Positions 38,729-53,413 of a stretch of 64,000 nucleotides of DNA are shown here, piece by piece (positions within the stretch are counted from its first letter, which is position 1; every line of letters begins with the position of its first letter). This DNA comes from Octopus sinensis (lineage: Eukaryota): contig NC_043001.1 of the NCBI RefSeq assembly GCF_006345805.1, positions 117,304,001 through 117,368,000 of the forward strand, written 5' to 3'. The notes beneath the pieces are model-generated. The model did no database searches. It worked only from the letters and a program-made list of their open reading frames with translations, and was not told the DNA's origin. The position numbers and the translations under genes are program-made.

Positions 38729-40033
38729 TGTATGTATGTATGTATGTATGTATGTATGTATGTATGTATGTATGTATGTATGTATGTATGTATGTATGTA
38801 TGTATGTATGTATGCATGCATGTATGTATGTGTATATGTTTGTATGTATGGGTCTGTCTCCGTAAATGAGTACATTGGTGCCAGTTCTTTAAGATAAGAT
38901 AAGAACAAAAAGCCATAACCGTGAACCGGATGTTACCCATAAATAACTAGTCATGGCACAATAGACAGTGTCACTTATTTGGCACTGATGATTGCCCTAG
39001 ATTACACACACACACACACGCGCGTGTACATGCGAATGTGTGTGCACATGTGCATATATATATATATATATATGTATATAAATTGAGACTAGGTGTGTGT
39101 GCGTGTGTGTTTGTGTAACTTATTAAATTGCATGTGTGAATATATATATATATATATATATCTGTATATTTAAATGTGTATGTATATGTATGTGTGTATG
39201 TGTGTGCGTGTGTATGTGTGTGTAGATATGCTTGTGTGTGTGTGGGGGGACATACTAATTAACTTATGACCGACTAAGATATGAGATGACCACTTCAAAA
39301 CTTATAAAAATACGACTGATGAATTGTTTTGGCGATAACGGTTGAGCGCCATTTTCATCGTCATGACTGATTGTACGATACGTATGTGTTTGTAAATGTG
39401 CCTATGTGTTTGTGTGTGTGTGTGTGTATGTGTACGAGTATGTATGTATGTATGTATGCATGCATGTATGTATGTATGTATGTATGTATGTATGTATGTA
39501 TGCGTGTATGTATGTATGTATGTATGTATGTATGTATGTATGTATGTATGTATGTATGTATGTATGCGTGTATGCATGCATGTATGTGTGTCTGCCCGTG
39601 TGCGTGTATGTATGTATGTATGTATGTATTAATGTATGTATGTATGTATGTATGTATGTATGTATTAATGTATGTATGTATGTATGTATGTATGTATGTA
39701 TGTATGTATGTATGTATGTATGTATGTATGTATATATGTATATTAGTATATATATATGTGTGTGTGAGGGTATCTTTTGGTTGGCTTGTTTACGCTTCCG
39801 ATACTTAGAGGTTGGCAAAAAGGGACCGATAGAACAAGTAACAAGCTTAGAAAGAAGTAATGGGCTCGATTTGTTCGACTAAAAACCTCACAGTGGTGCT
39901 CCAGCATGACCGCAGTCCATTGACTGAAACAAGTAAAAAGAAAAAGCTTATATATGTGTGTGTGTGAGTGTACATTCACACACACACACACATATATATA
40001 TACAAACACACACGCACACACACACACACACAC

Positions 40034-40114
<81 letters not shown>

Positions 40115-40418
40115 AACACACACACACGTGTGTGTGTGTGTGTAATAATCGATTAAGTAAATAAAAGACGGCTTTATTCTGTACGACGATCGTTTCGCTC
40201 CATCCTGCTACTGTCTTTTACGGGTGGCATTTTATGCATCCTATTGTATTGCATCAGTCTTTGCAGTCTGGGTCACGTCATGCACATGCATGCATGAAGT
40301 GGTGTCCCGCTAAAACTATTGGGTTCAAGCAGTCGGGCTGGTATGCGGACAAATACCAACATAACTGCCTGAACTCAATATTTTGAGCGGGAAACCACAA
40401 ATTATTAAGGCTTACTGG

Positions 40419-40486
<68 letters not shown>

Positions 40487-41009
40487 AAGAAGAAGAAGAA
40501 GAAGAAGAAGAAGAAAAAGAAAAGAAGAAAAAGAAGAAGAAGAAGAAGAAGAACAACAACAACAACAACAACAATAATAATAATAATAAATAATTGGAAG
40601 TGTTATCATGTACATTGTATTGTCTTGGTATAAAAGATGGGCTACAGCAAATATTCTGCTCAATACCACAGATCTGCTTGTCAGTTGTTTGACCTTAACC
40701 AGTTGACCATGTCCCTTAGTGGCTGACGAAATGTGCATCTCTGATCACGAGCAGAAGTAGTGGGGGAGCATCATAGCCATGTGTTGAAAGAAATTCTTAG
40801 AGGTTTGGATAATTCACCTTTGGAAACACGGGTGGTTCGTTCAACATCCTTAAACAATTCTTATTCAGGGACCTTTTGAGCGGGGTGGGCTACTTGACCA
40901 GAAGAAAATTCTAACTGGGCTCCACCTGCAAAGTCATGCGCTTTTTATCTTGATATGAGATCACCATGTCGCGCACATATGATTTTGTCGAATCTTCTCC
41001 TATATAGCT

Positions 41010-42120
41010 TTCAACCTATAACCTGTTTACCACTTATGTGGGAGCTTATGACCGGTGTATTGACGGAAGAGTTATACAGCCATCCTGAAAGTAACAGTCT
41101 GCTTCCAGACGAACAGAAAGGATGCAGGAAGCAAAGTAGGGCAATAAAAGATCACTTATTAGTTGATAAAATGATAATTAGAAATTGTAGACGTAGATTG
41201 ATGGGACTGAGTGCAGCTTGACTAGATTACAAAAAAGCATGGTGCCATACAGTTGAATAAGTAAAACAATGAACATGTTTGGAATAGCAGAAAAAAATCA
41301 TGGAGAAAATGAAGTATGAAACATTAGAATTGAATTGATCGGAGGAAAACAAAAACTCGGAAAAGGGAACATCAGACGTGGAAAATATTTCAAGATGATA
41401 GCTTATATACATTACGATTCGTATTGGCCATCTAACCGCTCACTATGATACTACGAAAATTTGAAATTGCTTAGGATTTGGGAAAAGGAAAAGGTCAGAT
41501 AAATCATATCCTTTTCATGGATGATATTTGATTTTTGATTTTTCCAGTTTCAGCTCATGAGCTGTGGCCATGCTGGGGCACCGCCATTGTGTAAAAGGTT
41601 TATGTGTAAAATGAGAAACAGCTTGAAAGTCTGGTACATACTATCCGTATTTTCTCAAATGACGTAGATATGGAATTTGGGATAGAAAATGTATTGAAAA
41701 TGAAACGAGGAAGATTTGGATGAAGCCAGGGAATTGAAATGTCAAATGGGCAAACAAAGAGAGTTGTTGAGAAGGGACAGTCGTATAAGTATTTGGGAAT
41801 ACAGGAAGCAGACGAAATAAAAAATGAAGAAATGCAACAAATTACCGGTTGAGAGTACACAAGGAAAGGAAGAAAATTATTGCAGTCTAAGTTGAATTCC
41901 AAAAAATCTTATTGAAGCAATAAATTCAAGAACAGTACCCTTAATCAGATAAGGAGTTGGAATTATAGAAAGGACCAAAAACGATATAAAGAAACTTCAC
42001 AGAAAAACTAAAAAGTTGTTGACAATGTATGGCGCCCACCATCCGAAAGCTGATATCACCAGATTGTACTTGAGGAGAGATCAAGGTATAAGAAGTTTAA
42101 TGGTAGCTGAAGAATGTGTA
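41010..42120 (+). mobile_element. Degenerate R4/Dong reverse transcriptase fragment
   Basis: PITCLPLMWELMTG..LLPDEQKGCRKQSR..KDHLLVDKMII..LDYKKA; GIFQDD-like and LFMDD motifs; YKYLGI; LNSK.LIEAINS; MYGAHHPKADI.RLYL. Confidence 0.85.
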
Positions 42121-42240
42121 CAGATGGAAAGAAAAAGCCTAGTATATCTATTAAATTTTTAAATGTGTGTGTGTATGTGTGTGTGCGTGTGTGTGTGTGT
42201 GTGTGTGTCTGTGTGTGTGTGCGTGCATGCGTGTGTAAAT

Positions 42241-42467
42241 ATAATAAGAACAAGCGAATGGGTTTTCAGTGTTGCTAGTATTGTTTCGTCAGGAGCGAGT
42301 CACTCAACAAGTCGTTGTTTACTTGTTTTACATGGTTGCCTGATGAACTCGGGATAAATATAATGTATTGCGTAACTGAAATAATTGTATTGTGCTTACG
42401 TCAAAATAAAAACTCCTTATGAAACAATTCTAGCAACACTAGAAACCCATTCATCTGTTTTTATTAT
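42241..42467. repeat. Palindrome with 55-bp arms enclosing a degenerate hammerhead (42335-42437, +)
   Basis: Arms 42241-42295 and 42413-42467. GTTGC-CTGATGA-(long stem II)-GAAA-CAATTC-TA-GCAAC. Confidence 0.7.
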
Positions 42468-43034
42468 TCTTTTATGTCACTCTTATGGTTCCATTCTTCG
42501 TTGATACTTTGAAATACTATTAGATTTCTGGATTACCTAACAACAGGGAATATGCTTAATCGATATCTAACGTGCTTGTTAATTGATTTAGTCACTGTCT
42601 GCTCTGCGTAATTCTGTCTAGACAGCGGTGCACTTCACGTTCATATACCTCAATCCTTTATGGATCCATTGTAATTGACATATCTGTGTGTGTGTGTGTG
42701 TGTATGTATGTGCGTGTGTGCGTGCGTGTGTGTGTGTGTGTGTTGTGTGTGTGTGTGTGTGTGTGTCCGAGAACAAGATAAACAGAAGATTCAGTTAAAA
42801 TCTTTATTGTAGCATCATAAAATACATAATTTTATGTTTCACTAGCGCACACAAATATGTTGTACTGTAATCGTTACATAGACGATTGCATAATCATCTT
42901 GAAACGTCAGACCTTCAGGTGAAGAGAATAATTTATGTGTGCGTGTTTGTATGTGTATGTTTATGTGTGTGTGTATGTATTTGTGTGTGTTTGTGCGTAT
43001 GTGTGTGTACGTATGTATACATACATATACATAC

Positions 43035-44085
43035 CAGATAAAATTGATGGCAATCAGTGAAAGAAGTGTACAAAAGATGGCTTCCAGAAGTTTCCTTCCA
43101 CGCTGGATCCTCTGGCTTCTATTCAGTTGTTGTAGCGCTCCAGCACTTCGTGAAGGCCCCATGAAAGTCTTTCAAAGCGAAGATGTCTTGGACCATTGTC
43201 ACTGCCTCCTTTTCAATGTCATCAAACGACTGCCCTTGAAGTTCTTCAGCTCAAGGAAGAACTGAAAGTCACAGAGAGTAAAGGTTGGACTATAGGGAGG
43301 ATGAGGGACGGTTTTGGTGCCTATTTCTATCAAATAGTTGGTTACCAAGATGGAATTGTGGACTGGTGCATTGCCCTGGTTGAAGAGCCCTGGCCTTTTG
43401 TGAGGAATTATCTTCTTGAACTCCATCAAAACCTCCACAAAGTACTCTTTTTTTGACCGTCTGGCCAGAGGAAAAGTGGTGAATGGTGTAGATGACACCC
43501 TTGCTGTCGAAAAGGAGATCATCAGAAGCTTCCTGGTAGGCTTGCTTTGCCTGGCCTTCTTGGGTCTGGGGGAGCCAGGATGTTTTTATTGGGCACTCTG
43601 TTCCTTGGTCTCTGAATTATAGCAATAAATCCAGTTTTCGTCACTGGTGATCAGAGATTCAAGTACTCTTGGATTGGAGATAATGAACTCTCCCTGCCGT
43701 CACCAACGTGTCTTTCCTTCTGTTTGTCACTGAGCACCCTGGGAACAGATTTCGCGTATGTTCAGATCTTCATAAATAGCTCTGTGTACAGTTGCCACAG
43801 CGACTCAGAACTAAATGCTTATTGTCTTTTCAGACACACGAATTTATTCAACCAGCTCTGATGTTCTGACGCCCCTCTCCCTCTCAGACCTCCCATCGTT
43901 TCTCACCTCCTCTCCACCGTCCTCGACCTCTTGTGCCAGCAAAAACACACGCTCGGCCCATACAAGTTAATACATGAGCAATCAGGAGTATTTGGAGTAT
44001 TTCACGAGTTTCTGTTGAGATTTTGCCCAGTTTAGCACATGCATAGCAAGCTTCCATATTGTCTGCACGTCCCGAGTGCATTCTG
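43035..44085 (-). mobile_element. Degenerate mariner element
   Basis: AKLGKISTETREIL..VATVHRAIYEDL..ITSDENWIYCYN.ETKEQS..SPRPKKARQSK..NQGNAPVH..HPPYSPTFTLCDF. Confidence 0.85.
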
Positions 44086-44087
44086 CA

Positions 44088-44322
44088 CTTTGAACGGCAG
44101 ATCAAGAAACAACAGCAGTAATTTTATTCAGCTGAATACAGGTCATTGATTGGTTGAAATTACCGAAATACGACAACTTTAACACGAAATAACTTTGAAA
44201 AACAAAAACTTTTCTCAACAACACTGAGTAAAAGATGTTTTACATGACATATTCTACCAGCGTCCGAAGTTTGAAAGTGTTTAGTTACAAAAAATTAATT
44301 TCTCGATCTGCCGTTCAAAGGG
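44088..44322. mobile_element. MITE with 22-bp terminal inverted repeats (piggyBac-like CCCTT terminus on the right)
   Basis: CTTTGAACGGCAGATCAAGAAA / TTTCTCGATCTGCCGTTCAAAG (21/22). The TTAA target duplication is not preserved. Confidence 0.7.
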
Positions 44323-45379
44323 AAAAGATCCCATTCTGCAAAGTAGTCAGCTGTAACAAGCAGTGATTAGTTGGGTGTGTTCAAATTGCTGTTACAGCCA
44401 TCTCCTTCAAAGTAGAATAAAAAGTTGGCAGGTGAACTTACTAGATGTATAGTAATTATATATTAAAATTACAATTTTCTAGGACAGTTATGATTGTCTC
44501 ACCTAAAAAAAAATCCCCAAATCTCTAGAATGTTCTTCGTATTAGGTTATAGTTTAAGGGGAAAATAACCCGATCTAAGCTTAAAGTTTATCCTTAACAG
44601 ACTATGCAAGATAAGACGATACATTCTTAAAGCCAAAATACTATCACTCTTTAAAAGAATACATAAGGTAAAGATAAATAAAAGAGCAAAAGAAACAGTA
44701 AAAATAAAAACAATGAGAAAGTAATAACGAAGACATGCGAAAGAAAAAAGAACAAAAACAAATTACAGGACATCTAAACATTACTGATCCACAAAACTCA
44801 AACCAAATGGACACAGAAAAATTAAAACGAAATATGTAAAAAAGATTTCAGAATAGGAAATCCTAAAGGTGGATATTATGAACATAAAAAACCCAAAAAG
44901 GGTACAAATAATTAAAGAATAACATTTGTGGTCAAAAATGTCGCTTTGCAACCACGTAGTTTCAGGTTCAGTTCCGCTGCATGACATCTTGGGAAATTTT
45001 CTCTAGCATAGCTCTAGCATAATGACATGTGAATAAATTTCGTTGACGGAAACTGTATAGAAGCCCATCACGTACACACATACACAAGCTGTTACACACA
45101 CACACAGACACACATATACGCGCATATATGGCTATGTTAAAAACCAAAGACACACACATATGTCTGTGTGTAGTTCATTTTTTTACATCCTCCTAACATA
45201 CGGGTTCAACAAAAGAGATCGATAGAATAAGTGTCAGATTTAAAAGAAAACAAAGTGCTGAGGCCAACTTATTCGACTAAACCCTTCAGGGTCGGTGCTC
45301 CCGTGGGTAAAACAAATAAAAGAAAAGAAAAAAGACTGATCTTCCATTGGACTAACGGAATTATTATTTCTTAATGATA

Positions 45380-45920
45380 AAACTCATGGGTAAACTAACA
45401 AGAAAAAGAAACAGAAAGCTTATCTTGATGCAAGTGTTAATATCAACTGATATCAACCCTTGCATCAATAGCATCAGATTCAACAAAATGCTATACGCAG
45501 CAACCATTATAGTTTCTCTTTCGGGTCCTAAGAATATCAAAGCAAGGCACAAGCAACAATATGGAAATAATTGATAAGATCACTTCATTCTTAAAGAAAT
45601 TCATAGCAAAACGACATGGATACATTAGAATGAGTAAGAAATATTACAGTATGTCACAAAAAGAGAGAAGAATCCAGAATTAAGGAACATCTGAAAAAAT
45701 AAATCGCAAAGAATCGATCGGTAACACTTTGACCAAAACAAACAATTTGACTCCAACATAAAAATAATTTTACAGAAATTAACTAAAAATAAAATAGAAA
45801 TCATTGCAGTCCAAACAGCAAAAGAAATATAAGAATTTTGGGAAGGTGTTTAGGCCATGACTTTATCTCCGCGGTGAGATTGCTCAAAACAAACGCAATA
45901 CCTAAGCAACATGGGAGGCT
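45380..45920 (+). mobile_element. Highly degenerate R4/Dong pre-RT fragment
   Basis: NKMLYAATIIV..IKEHLKK..QNKQFDSN..FYRN..AKEI*EFWEG. Confidence 0.55.
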
Positions 45921-47462
45921 ATAGCAACACAAGTAGTGGGTCAGATGCTGCACCTATGTGCGTGTGGCAATGTGTGGCGTGTTCTTGTAATTAACAATTT
46001 GTAAAACGGAGGACGAAAAACTATAACAACTTTGTAAAAGAGGGCTGTTTTTAGAAAGATTTTAAATCGTCGTGAATTCTATTCAGTGGTAACTCGTACG
46101 GGTTCAAGTATTTCTTATCATCTCAAAATTCTTAGATACGGAACGAAAGAAAGGGTTTTAACTTGAAGTCATGATCGATTACAATCAAGAACGAACACTG
46201 TGACAAGATTATCCTCAATTCCTGAATACAATCAGGAGGGCACACAATCACTGAAGGTATGCAATCGCTAAAACATATTCTATCATCACCGAATTTGTCT
46301 TTCTTTCTTCTTTTCTTCCGTTCTTTTTCTTTTTTTTTGTGAAGGGAGACTAAATATGTGAGAAAGATGCATAATTCGAAAGCACCAAGAAGAGACCTAA
46401 ATGGTGAATACGTGGACAGAATGTTAACGTTCTACAGAATTCCGCTTACGTGAATGTCAAGAAGAACAATGGAAGGCCATATCAACATACGAAACTCACA
46501 TGACATAGCGAAGACAAATCTTTTAAATGAAGAATTAAAACAGTCACTTGTCAGAATTCTACAAATCTCTTTCTTACCTAAGTGTTATCGATTAGATTTA
46601 CACCAGCTGTTTAAATCATTTCGTTCTAGGAGGTAAGTATGCGCTGAATAATTTTAATTATATGCTGAATAATTTTTAATTACGTGCTGAATTATTTTTA
46701 ATTAATACACGAGTGTTATTGGCAGCAAAGAAAAACATTTCCGTAGAAACATTATAGCTTAATTACAAAAAAAGTGTTTAACTTTATTCTTCGTTAATAG
46801 TTGTTGGAACCATCGCGTTTGGCAAAAGTGCTGCCTTCGTTATTGCCATTGAGCCTTACATAAATCTGGTCAACCATTTCCATTCTTGTAACCGAAAGTA
46901 CAACGATTGTCTTCAAAGTTGTACATCTTTCAAAAGAAATATCCATGAAGATGTTCTGTCTGTGTTTTTTAATTTTTGCACTAAATCTGTTGTCATATTT
47001 TAATAGCGGGAGATTGGCAGAATTGTTAGATCGTATAACTCAGTATTTCTCCTGATTCTTTATGTTTTGAGTTCAAATCATAGAATAAGTACCATTCAGT
47101 GACTGGAATTGATGTAATCAACTAACTCGCTCCTACAATGATTACGATTCTTGTATCTAAATTAGAAACAATTGCTTAAAATTACATTTGACATTATGGT
47201 AAAGCGTACGACAGAAATAATGAATCTAATCTATGTACAATGGAAATATCTCCAATGCTTCAAATAATCCTACTTAGTAACATTGTACTTAGTATTTTCA
47301 GCTGATACAGAGATGGAATTTGGCCAAAGGAAATATTGAAACTTAATGATTGAGCGTAGAAATACAAGTTTCCAAACAAGCATACACTAACTTCAATGGT
47401 CTCTAAGTCTTTCACTTTCATTAAAAAAGTGTATAAATTACACACACACACACACACGGATG

Positions 47463-47494
<32 letters not shown>

Positions 47495-47639
47495 CACAGA
47501 CTTAAATATTGATGGGAAAATATACAAATGTGCTGTGAACATATGATGTTATACAGATTTAAGACCATAGCTTCTTTCTTCGTCTTTGCATGTATGTGTG
47601 AGTATGGATGCATGTATGTACGGGTTTGTACATATCTGA

Positions 47640-47677
<38 letters not shown>

Positions 47678-48179
47678 ACCTGTCGATTTTGCCCAGAGAT
47701 GATTAGACTAGATAATTCATAAAAAAAACACACTTGTCTGTTTAAACACAGCAAGCAATGAGAGTGGCTGGGATGTAAGGCTCCCTCGAAATTTATCTTC
47801 TTCGCTGCGGTTCTTGTTTTTTTTTCTCTTTCACTTTGCAATATGTCTCATGTTTATATCAGACAACAAATCAAATTGAACGAAAATCAAGTTAACCAAA
47901 CATGAAAAAAATAATTATAAACCATTAATAATCCACTTTACTTGCCTACTCTGTATGTGTATATGTACATGCTTTGTTTGTTTGTATGTATGTATGTATG
48001 TATGTATGGATGTATGCATGCATGTATGTATGTATGTATGTATGTATGTATGTATGTATGTATGTATGTACGTATGTACGTATGTACGTATGTATGTATG
48101 CATGCATGTATGTATGTATGTATGTATAGAATGTGTGTGTGTATATACATATATATATATATATATTATATATATATAT

Positions 48180-48234
<55 letters not shown>

Positions 48235-48629
48235 TGCACACGCACACACACACGCACGCACACACATGCATACACACACACACACCACACACACACACAC
48301 ACACACACGTAATTTTCTTCCTATACTGAAAGTAGTTCAAATTAGTTCACATTAATAATGCTTAATTGCTAAGTTCCGGCAATAAGTTGATGTTGAAAGG
48401 AAAGCTTCTGTTGGCCGAGACGAAGAGGTTTATCTTATGTTCTTTGTTCTTTGTGGAGACAGTCACCATCACTTTGTCTGCCCTTACTTCCACAAATCTT
48501 CTATCACTACTTTCCTCCTCCTCCTCGTTATCATTGTCATCGTCATCATCAGCATCAGCATCATTGCCATCATCATCAACAAGAACAGCAACGACTACAT
48601 TGCTGTTCTCTGTGACACCACAAGGGCTT

Positions 48630-49460
48630 CAGTGGTGAAACCTGATGTCTTCTGATGTTTTTTTTAGACAAGAATTTTCTTTGGGTGCATTTTATCCGTC
48701 TTCAAATGCGCCCCGGAAAATGGTTTTGGATATAGTATCGTGCCTGGCTACATATCCACATCAGGTGAGCTTAGCTTTCGTTGTTTCCTAGAGTTGGTGT
48801 GACTTGTCTGGCAAAGCTGTTTTGTTTTGTGAAACGTGAATGAGATATGACGGAGTCTTCTGAAACACTTTATACTCGTACCACTAGATTCTATGTTCGG
48901 CCTCAAATATCCAGCTTTCACACTTATATAGAATATCATAGTCCTCGGGGTGGAGATGTTTATACAGTTTGAACATCGTGGGAAAACTGATAGAAATGTT
49001 TTCTATATCACCTTTATCATGGCTGCTGAGGTCAGGCAGGGGCTTGCTTCTACCTCCTTTATTGAGCTGTCGTTCTTATTCCAAAGGGATCCGAGATATT
49101 TAAAGTTGTCCACTACTTCAAGTTTTAGTCTATTGAGCAGAATGCTGATGGCTTTTGATCAGAGTTGATTTCCATTCCGTACACACCCAAGACACTTTCC
49201 AGACTGGTGCTGAATTCCTGAAGTATTGCTTTGTTGTTTCGCATTAGGTTGACATCATCAGCATAACGCAGACTGCGAAAAGGCTTGTCTGTTATAGAAA
49301 TGGAAGTGTGAAGCTGCGTAATCACTGTTTTCCAGAAAGATGTTGAAAAGCACTGACGAGAGAAGACAGCCGTGATATATTCCGACAATTCTCCTGAAGC
49401 GATGTCCCCAATGTTATTATTCAGAAGAATTGCTGTTTGTATTTTCATTCGGCACTTGGA
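48630..49460 (-). mobile_element. RTE-clade LINE RT/3' fragment
   Basis: SLRYADDVNL..GMEIN..NFKYLGS..KCFRRLRHIS..RHDTISKTIFRG. Confidence 0.8.
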
Positions 49461-49632
49461 TCACTTGAATGAGGTTCCTGTCGAAAGAATATTGATCATA
49501 AATACGATTACTTTACTAAGCATCATTCCAAACTATTTTAGAACTCATTAAAAGAAATAGATACCAAATCTGCGTCAAATCACGCTCTAACGTCTTAGAA
49601 AAGATACATTCAATGTAAAAAAAAAAAAAAAA

Positions 49633-49863
49633 GGCGGCGAGCTGGCAGAAACGTTAGCACGCCGGGCGAAATGCTTAGCAGTATTTCGTCTGCCGTTATG
49701 TTCTGAGTTCAAATTCCGCCGAGGTCCACTTTGCTTTTCATCCTTTCGGGGTCGATAAATTAAGTACCAGTTACGCACTGGGGTCGATGTAATCGACTTA
49801 ATCCCTTTGTCTGTCCTTGTTTGCCCCCTCTATGTTTAGCCCCTTGTGGGCAATAAAGAAATA
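49633..49863 (+). mobile_element. Full-length S2 SINE with probable target-site duplication
   Basis: AGAAA(A/C)GATACATTCAAT occurs on both sides (~49598 and ~49864). Confidence 0.9.
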
Positions 49864-50743
49864 AGAAACGATACATTCAATTCTGTAGTCCTGGAAACCC
49901 TATACCTAAAGACCAATGGGATGCTCACGGCTTGAATGCTTTTCAGTTAACTAAGCTCAAAGACTTTTTATTTAGCTCTCCAGGACAATTTTCATCTTTA
50001 TTTCTATCGGGGTGAGAATTATGAAGACTTTATCAGTGGTGCCTTGTTCTCATGTGTCGTTTTAATCTTGTTCAGAAGCCTATATAGTTGCCATCGTATT
50101 AAAGAAATAATAGTCAGGCGTTAAAGGGCAGTTTACAGCAGAATCTGCATGTGTGTATGCGCGCATGCGCGTGTGACACCGAGTGTGAGTGCGCAAGCGT
50201 GTGTGCATATGTATCTGTCTCTCCATATATGTGTGTGTGTATGTGTATGTTTTGGCTTATTTAATTATTTAACTTAGCGGTTTGTCAAAAGCTTGATAGA
50301 GTAAATACCAGACTTTAAAAAATGAGAACCGAAGTATATTTGCTCGACTAAACCTTTCAAAGCGGTGTTCCAGCAAGACCACAGTCCAATGACTGAATCG
50401 GATGGGAAATAAATTCAAAGAATAAAATCGCTTCATTGTCAAAGCATGAGTGTTTGGAATGGGGATCCAAAGTTTGCGATTTGGGTGGCAAGTTAGTTGG
50501 AATCAACTTTCCTTTGAAGTTGCCTATTCTTATCAAGCTGTGCAAAAAGTAGAATATACGATAAAGGATAATTATTAAAATTCTTAAATTCATCGGCTGT
50601 AACGGCTATAATTTAATATTACCAGCGGTATTTCGCCTCAGAAGCGTTAGACCAGGAGTTCTCGGTTATCTTTCATTTACCGGCTTCTTTGATTACTATT
50701 TTATTCTGGTGGATCCCATAGCCATTCGAAAACAGTTCTATCA

Positions 50744-50853
50744 GTCAAGATATTTTCGCCGCTTTGAGACCGCAACCGGTTCACTGACAAAATTCCGTGC
50801 TACATTTTGTCAGTGGACAGGCCGCGGTCTCAAAGCGACGAAAATATTTTGAC
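50744..50853. repeat. 110-bp palindrome / mini-MITE
   Basis: 50-bp arms with 6 mismatches and a 10-nt loop. Confidence 0.8.
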
Positions 50854-52284
50854 AAATTAAATTTAAATGTTGAAGTGAATATAACGGTTTTTTGTGTGTT
50901 TCTTAAATGGCTCCCACGCTGCAATTGTTTTCGTTCCAGCCCACGATCTCAGATCAGGTCACTTGCTATGCAAGTACATCTCCGTAATATACTTAAAGTC
51001 TACTAAAATTCAGAGTGGTTGAAGAAAATAATGGGGGTTAAGAAAGAGGACTGGTGATATAGCTACATTCATCTTTATCCTTATCACATTCAAAAGACTC
51101 AATGCTGCATGTAGTCTACAACCCCTTAGAATTAAATCCATTCGGAATTGACAATTAAGGTCTTGTTGGTGGTAATAAATTAATTAAGGTCAGATACTCT
51201 CCCCTACCCCTATTTTACCGGGACCATAAAATCAGCCATATCTACATAAAAGAATATTCTCAGAAATTGCCAGTAAGATAATGATATATAGAGAAGAGGT
51301 GATAACCAGAAAGAGGGAGGACAGGCGTATCTTAATATGTTATGATTATCAAATAAAAGGAGCCTAAATTGGAAAACAAAAGAGATCTTAATGAGATCTA
51401 AGTGTGGGAATTAAAACTTAGCAAAATTTATATATTAAAATATTAAAATTTAGAAAAGGGTTTAAGACCCAAGAGAAAAAGGACAGATAAATCAACTCAA
51501 GCTTTAAAAGTGGGGGTAATATAAGAGAAACCTCATAATCTTTCTTCCTAGCATATTACTAAGGTGGTCATGCTAAAACTATTCAACAATGATCCTATAA
51601 ATAAATTCAGATATCATCCGAGTAGGGGCACACAATTTCTATTGAATCAAAATCAGAGCTTAAAGGCTAAATAAAAATAAGATAAATATTTCTATATCAG
51701 GTAAATTTATTTAAAATCTTAGAAAAAATATATTTATATAAAAATTACTAACATTATGAAAAAATCCAAAAGCCCCTCTCCCCAAATAAGATAAATATTT
51801 TTATATCAGGTAAAAACTTTGAAAAAAATATATTTATATAAAAATTAACAACATTATGAAAAAAATCTGAAAGGCTAAAAAAATAAGATACTTACTGTAT
51901 GAGGGTATTAACGCAAATAATGCTTTGCTTTATTGTATTTTTTATTTTTCGTTTAAGTTTACTTAATTACTCCCTGCCTTTGTCTATAAAGTCGCAACGG
52001 AATCCGTCTCTCACCATTCCTGCCTATCAGCTTAAACATACTGCCACTAACGGCATGCTGTTATAAAACGGAGCGGAACAGAGTTTATTTAACGATAGAC
52101 ATCAACTGAGGAAATACGTCTGCACCGAGGGATGCACCACAACCAGCTGTACACTATCTCACCCGCGAGGGATTGATGTAAGATGCGTGAAACGAACCTT
52201 GTATATTCCATTTTCCGTCTCTATCATTTGTTATATGTGTGTGTGTGTTTGTGCGTATATATATGTATATGCATATATATATTA

Positions 52285-52339
<55 letters not shown>

Positions 52340-53115
52340 TTGGAAATGGATGCGTGGCGTTCGATCATATAATAATATAAATAATATATAAATATATGTA
52401 TATATACATACATATATGTACATACCTACATATATATGTATATATACATGCATATATGGGTACAGGACATAAAAAAACGTGAACAAAATGAGAAATGAAA
52501 ATATAAAAAACAAAAACATAGAAAACGAACTTTTTTCGAACGAAAGAAACAAATAGAGAAACGAGACAGGCGACATAAAGAACATTCCCTTCATCAGTTG
52601 TCCATGTATATATGCATGTATTTATATATTATTTATATATATATATTATATAAAATCCGTTCTGTCTGTCTGTGTATGTGTCTTCTAGGATCTCGGGCAT
52701 ATTCCATCTGATTACGCTTAAATTTGATATGTAGATACCGATGGTATCAGAGCGTGAATGAATCGTGAAAATATTACAAAAATCGATTCCAGGTGAGAAT
52801 GCGATCGATAAAGCGGTTTTTGTCCTGCTTTTCTTCCGTCAACCTGTACATAACTGCACCTTCCATTTTTTGTTGTTTTTGTACTGCTTAAAAGCTTACT
52901 GTTTAAACCATGTTTGTGTTCTCCCAGTCAACAACCTTATCATTACTGGAACTTTAATCTCTTCGGTTGCATATTTGTGTGAATAAAATCGTTTTTCTTT
53001 AGAATAGAAAAAAAAGTCTATCTTTATTTCTTCTTTTGCTGGTGTCTCAAATTTAGGTTAAATCAGTATTTCTCATAGGGTAGGCCTATGGGACTGTCGG
53101 ACAAGTTGTTTTGAG

Positions 53116-53225
53116 AATGGCCCAGTGGTTAGGGCAGTGGACTCGGAGGATCGCGGTTTCGATTCCCAGACCGGACGTTGTGTGTGTTTATTGAGCGAAA
53201 ACGCCTAAAGCTCTACGAGGCTCCG
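53116..53225 (+). mobile_element. S3 SINE 5' fragment
   Basis: Matches 1915-2030; abuts the 3' end of the opposite-strand HHR-SINE. Confidence 0.8.
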
Positions 53226-53375
53226 TACGTTATTTACATTATTTACATTTGACGGATATTTGTCCTCATCTTGTTTGTTGTTAACACAACGTTTCGGCTG
53301 ATATACCCTCCAGCCTTCATCAGGTGTCTTGGGGAAATTTCGAACCTGGGTTCTCATTCCTAATGTATTTGTCGA

Positions 53376-53413
<38 letters not shown>

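Noticed and set aside
39325-39375. CTGATGA...GATA within a short imperfect palindrome
   Set aside because: GAAA is absent and the stems do not pair convincingly.
52588-52603. CTGATGAAGG hammerhead half-core on the minus strand
   Set aside because: No properly placed stem II or GAAA downstream.
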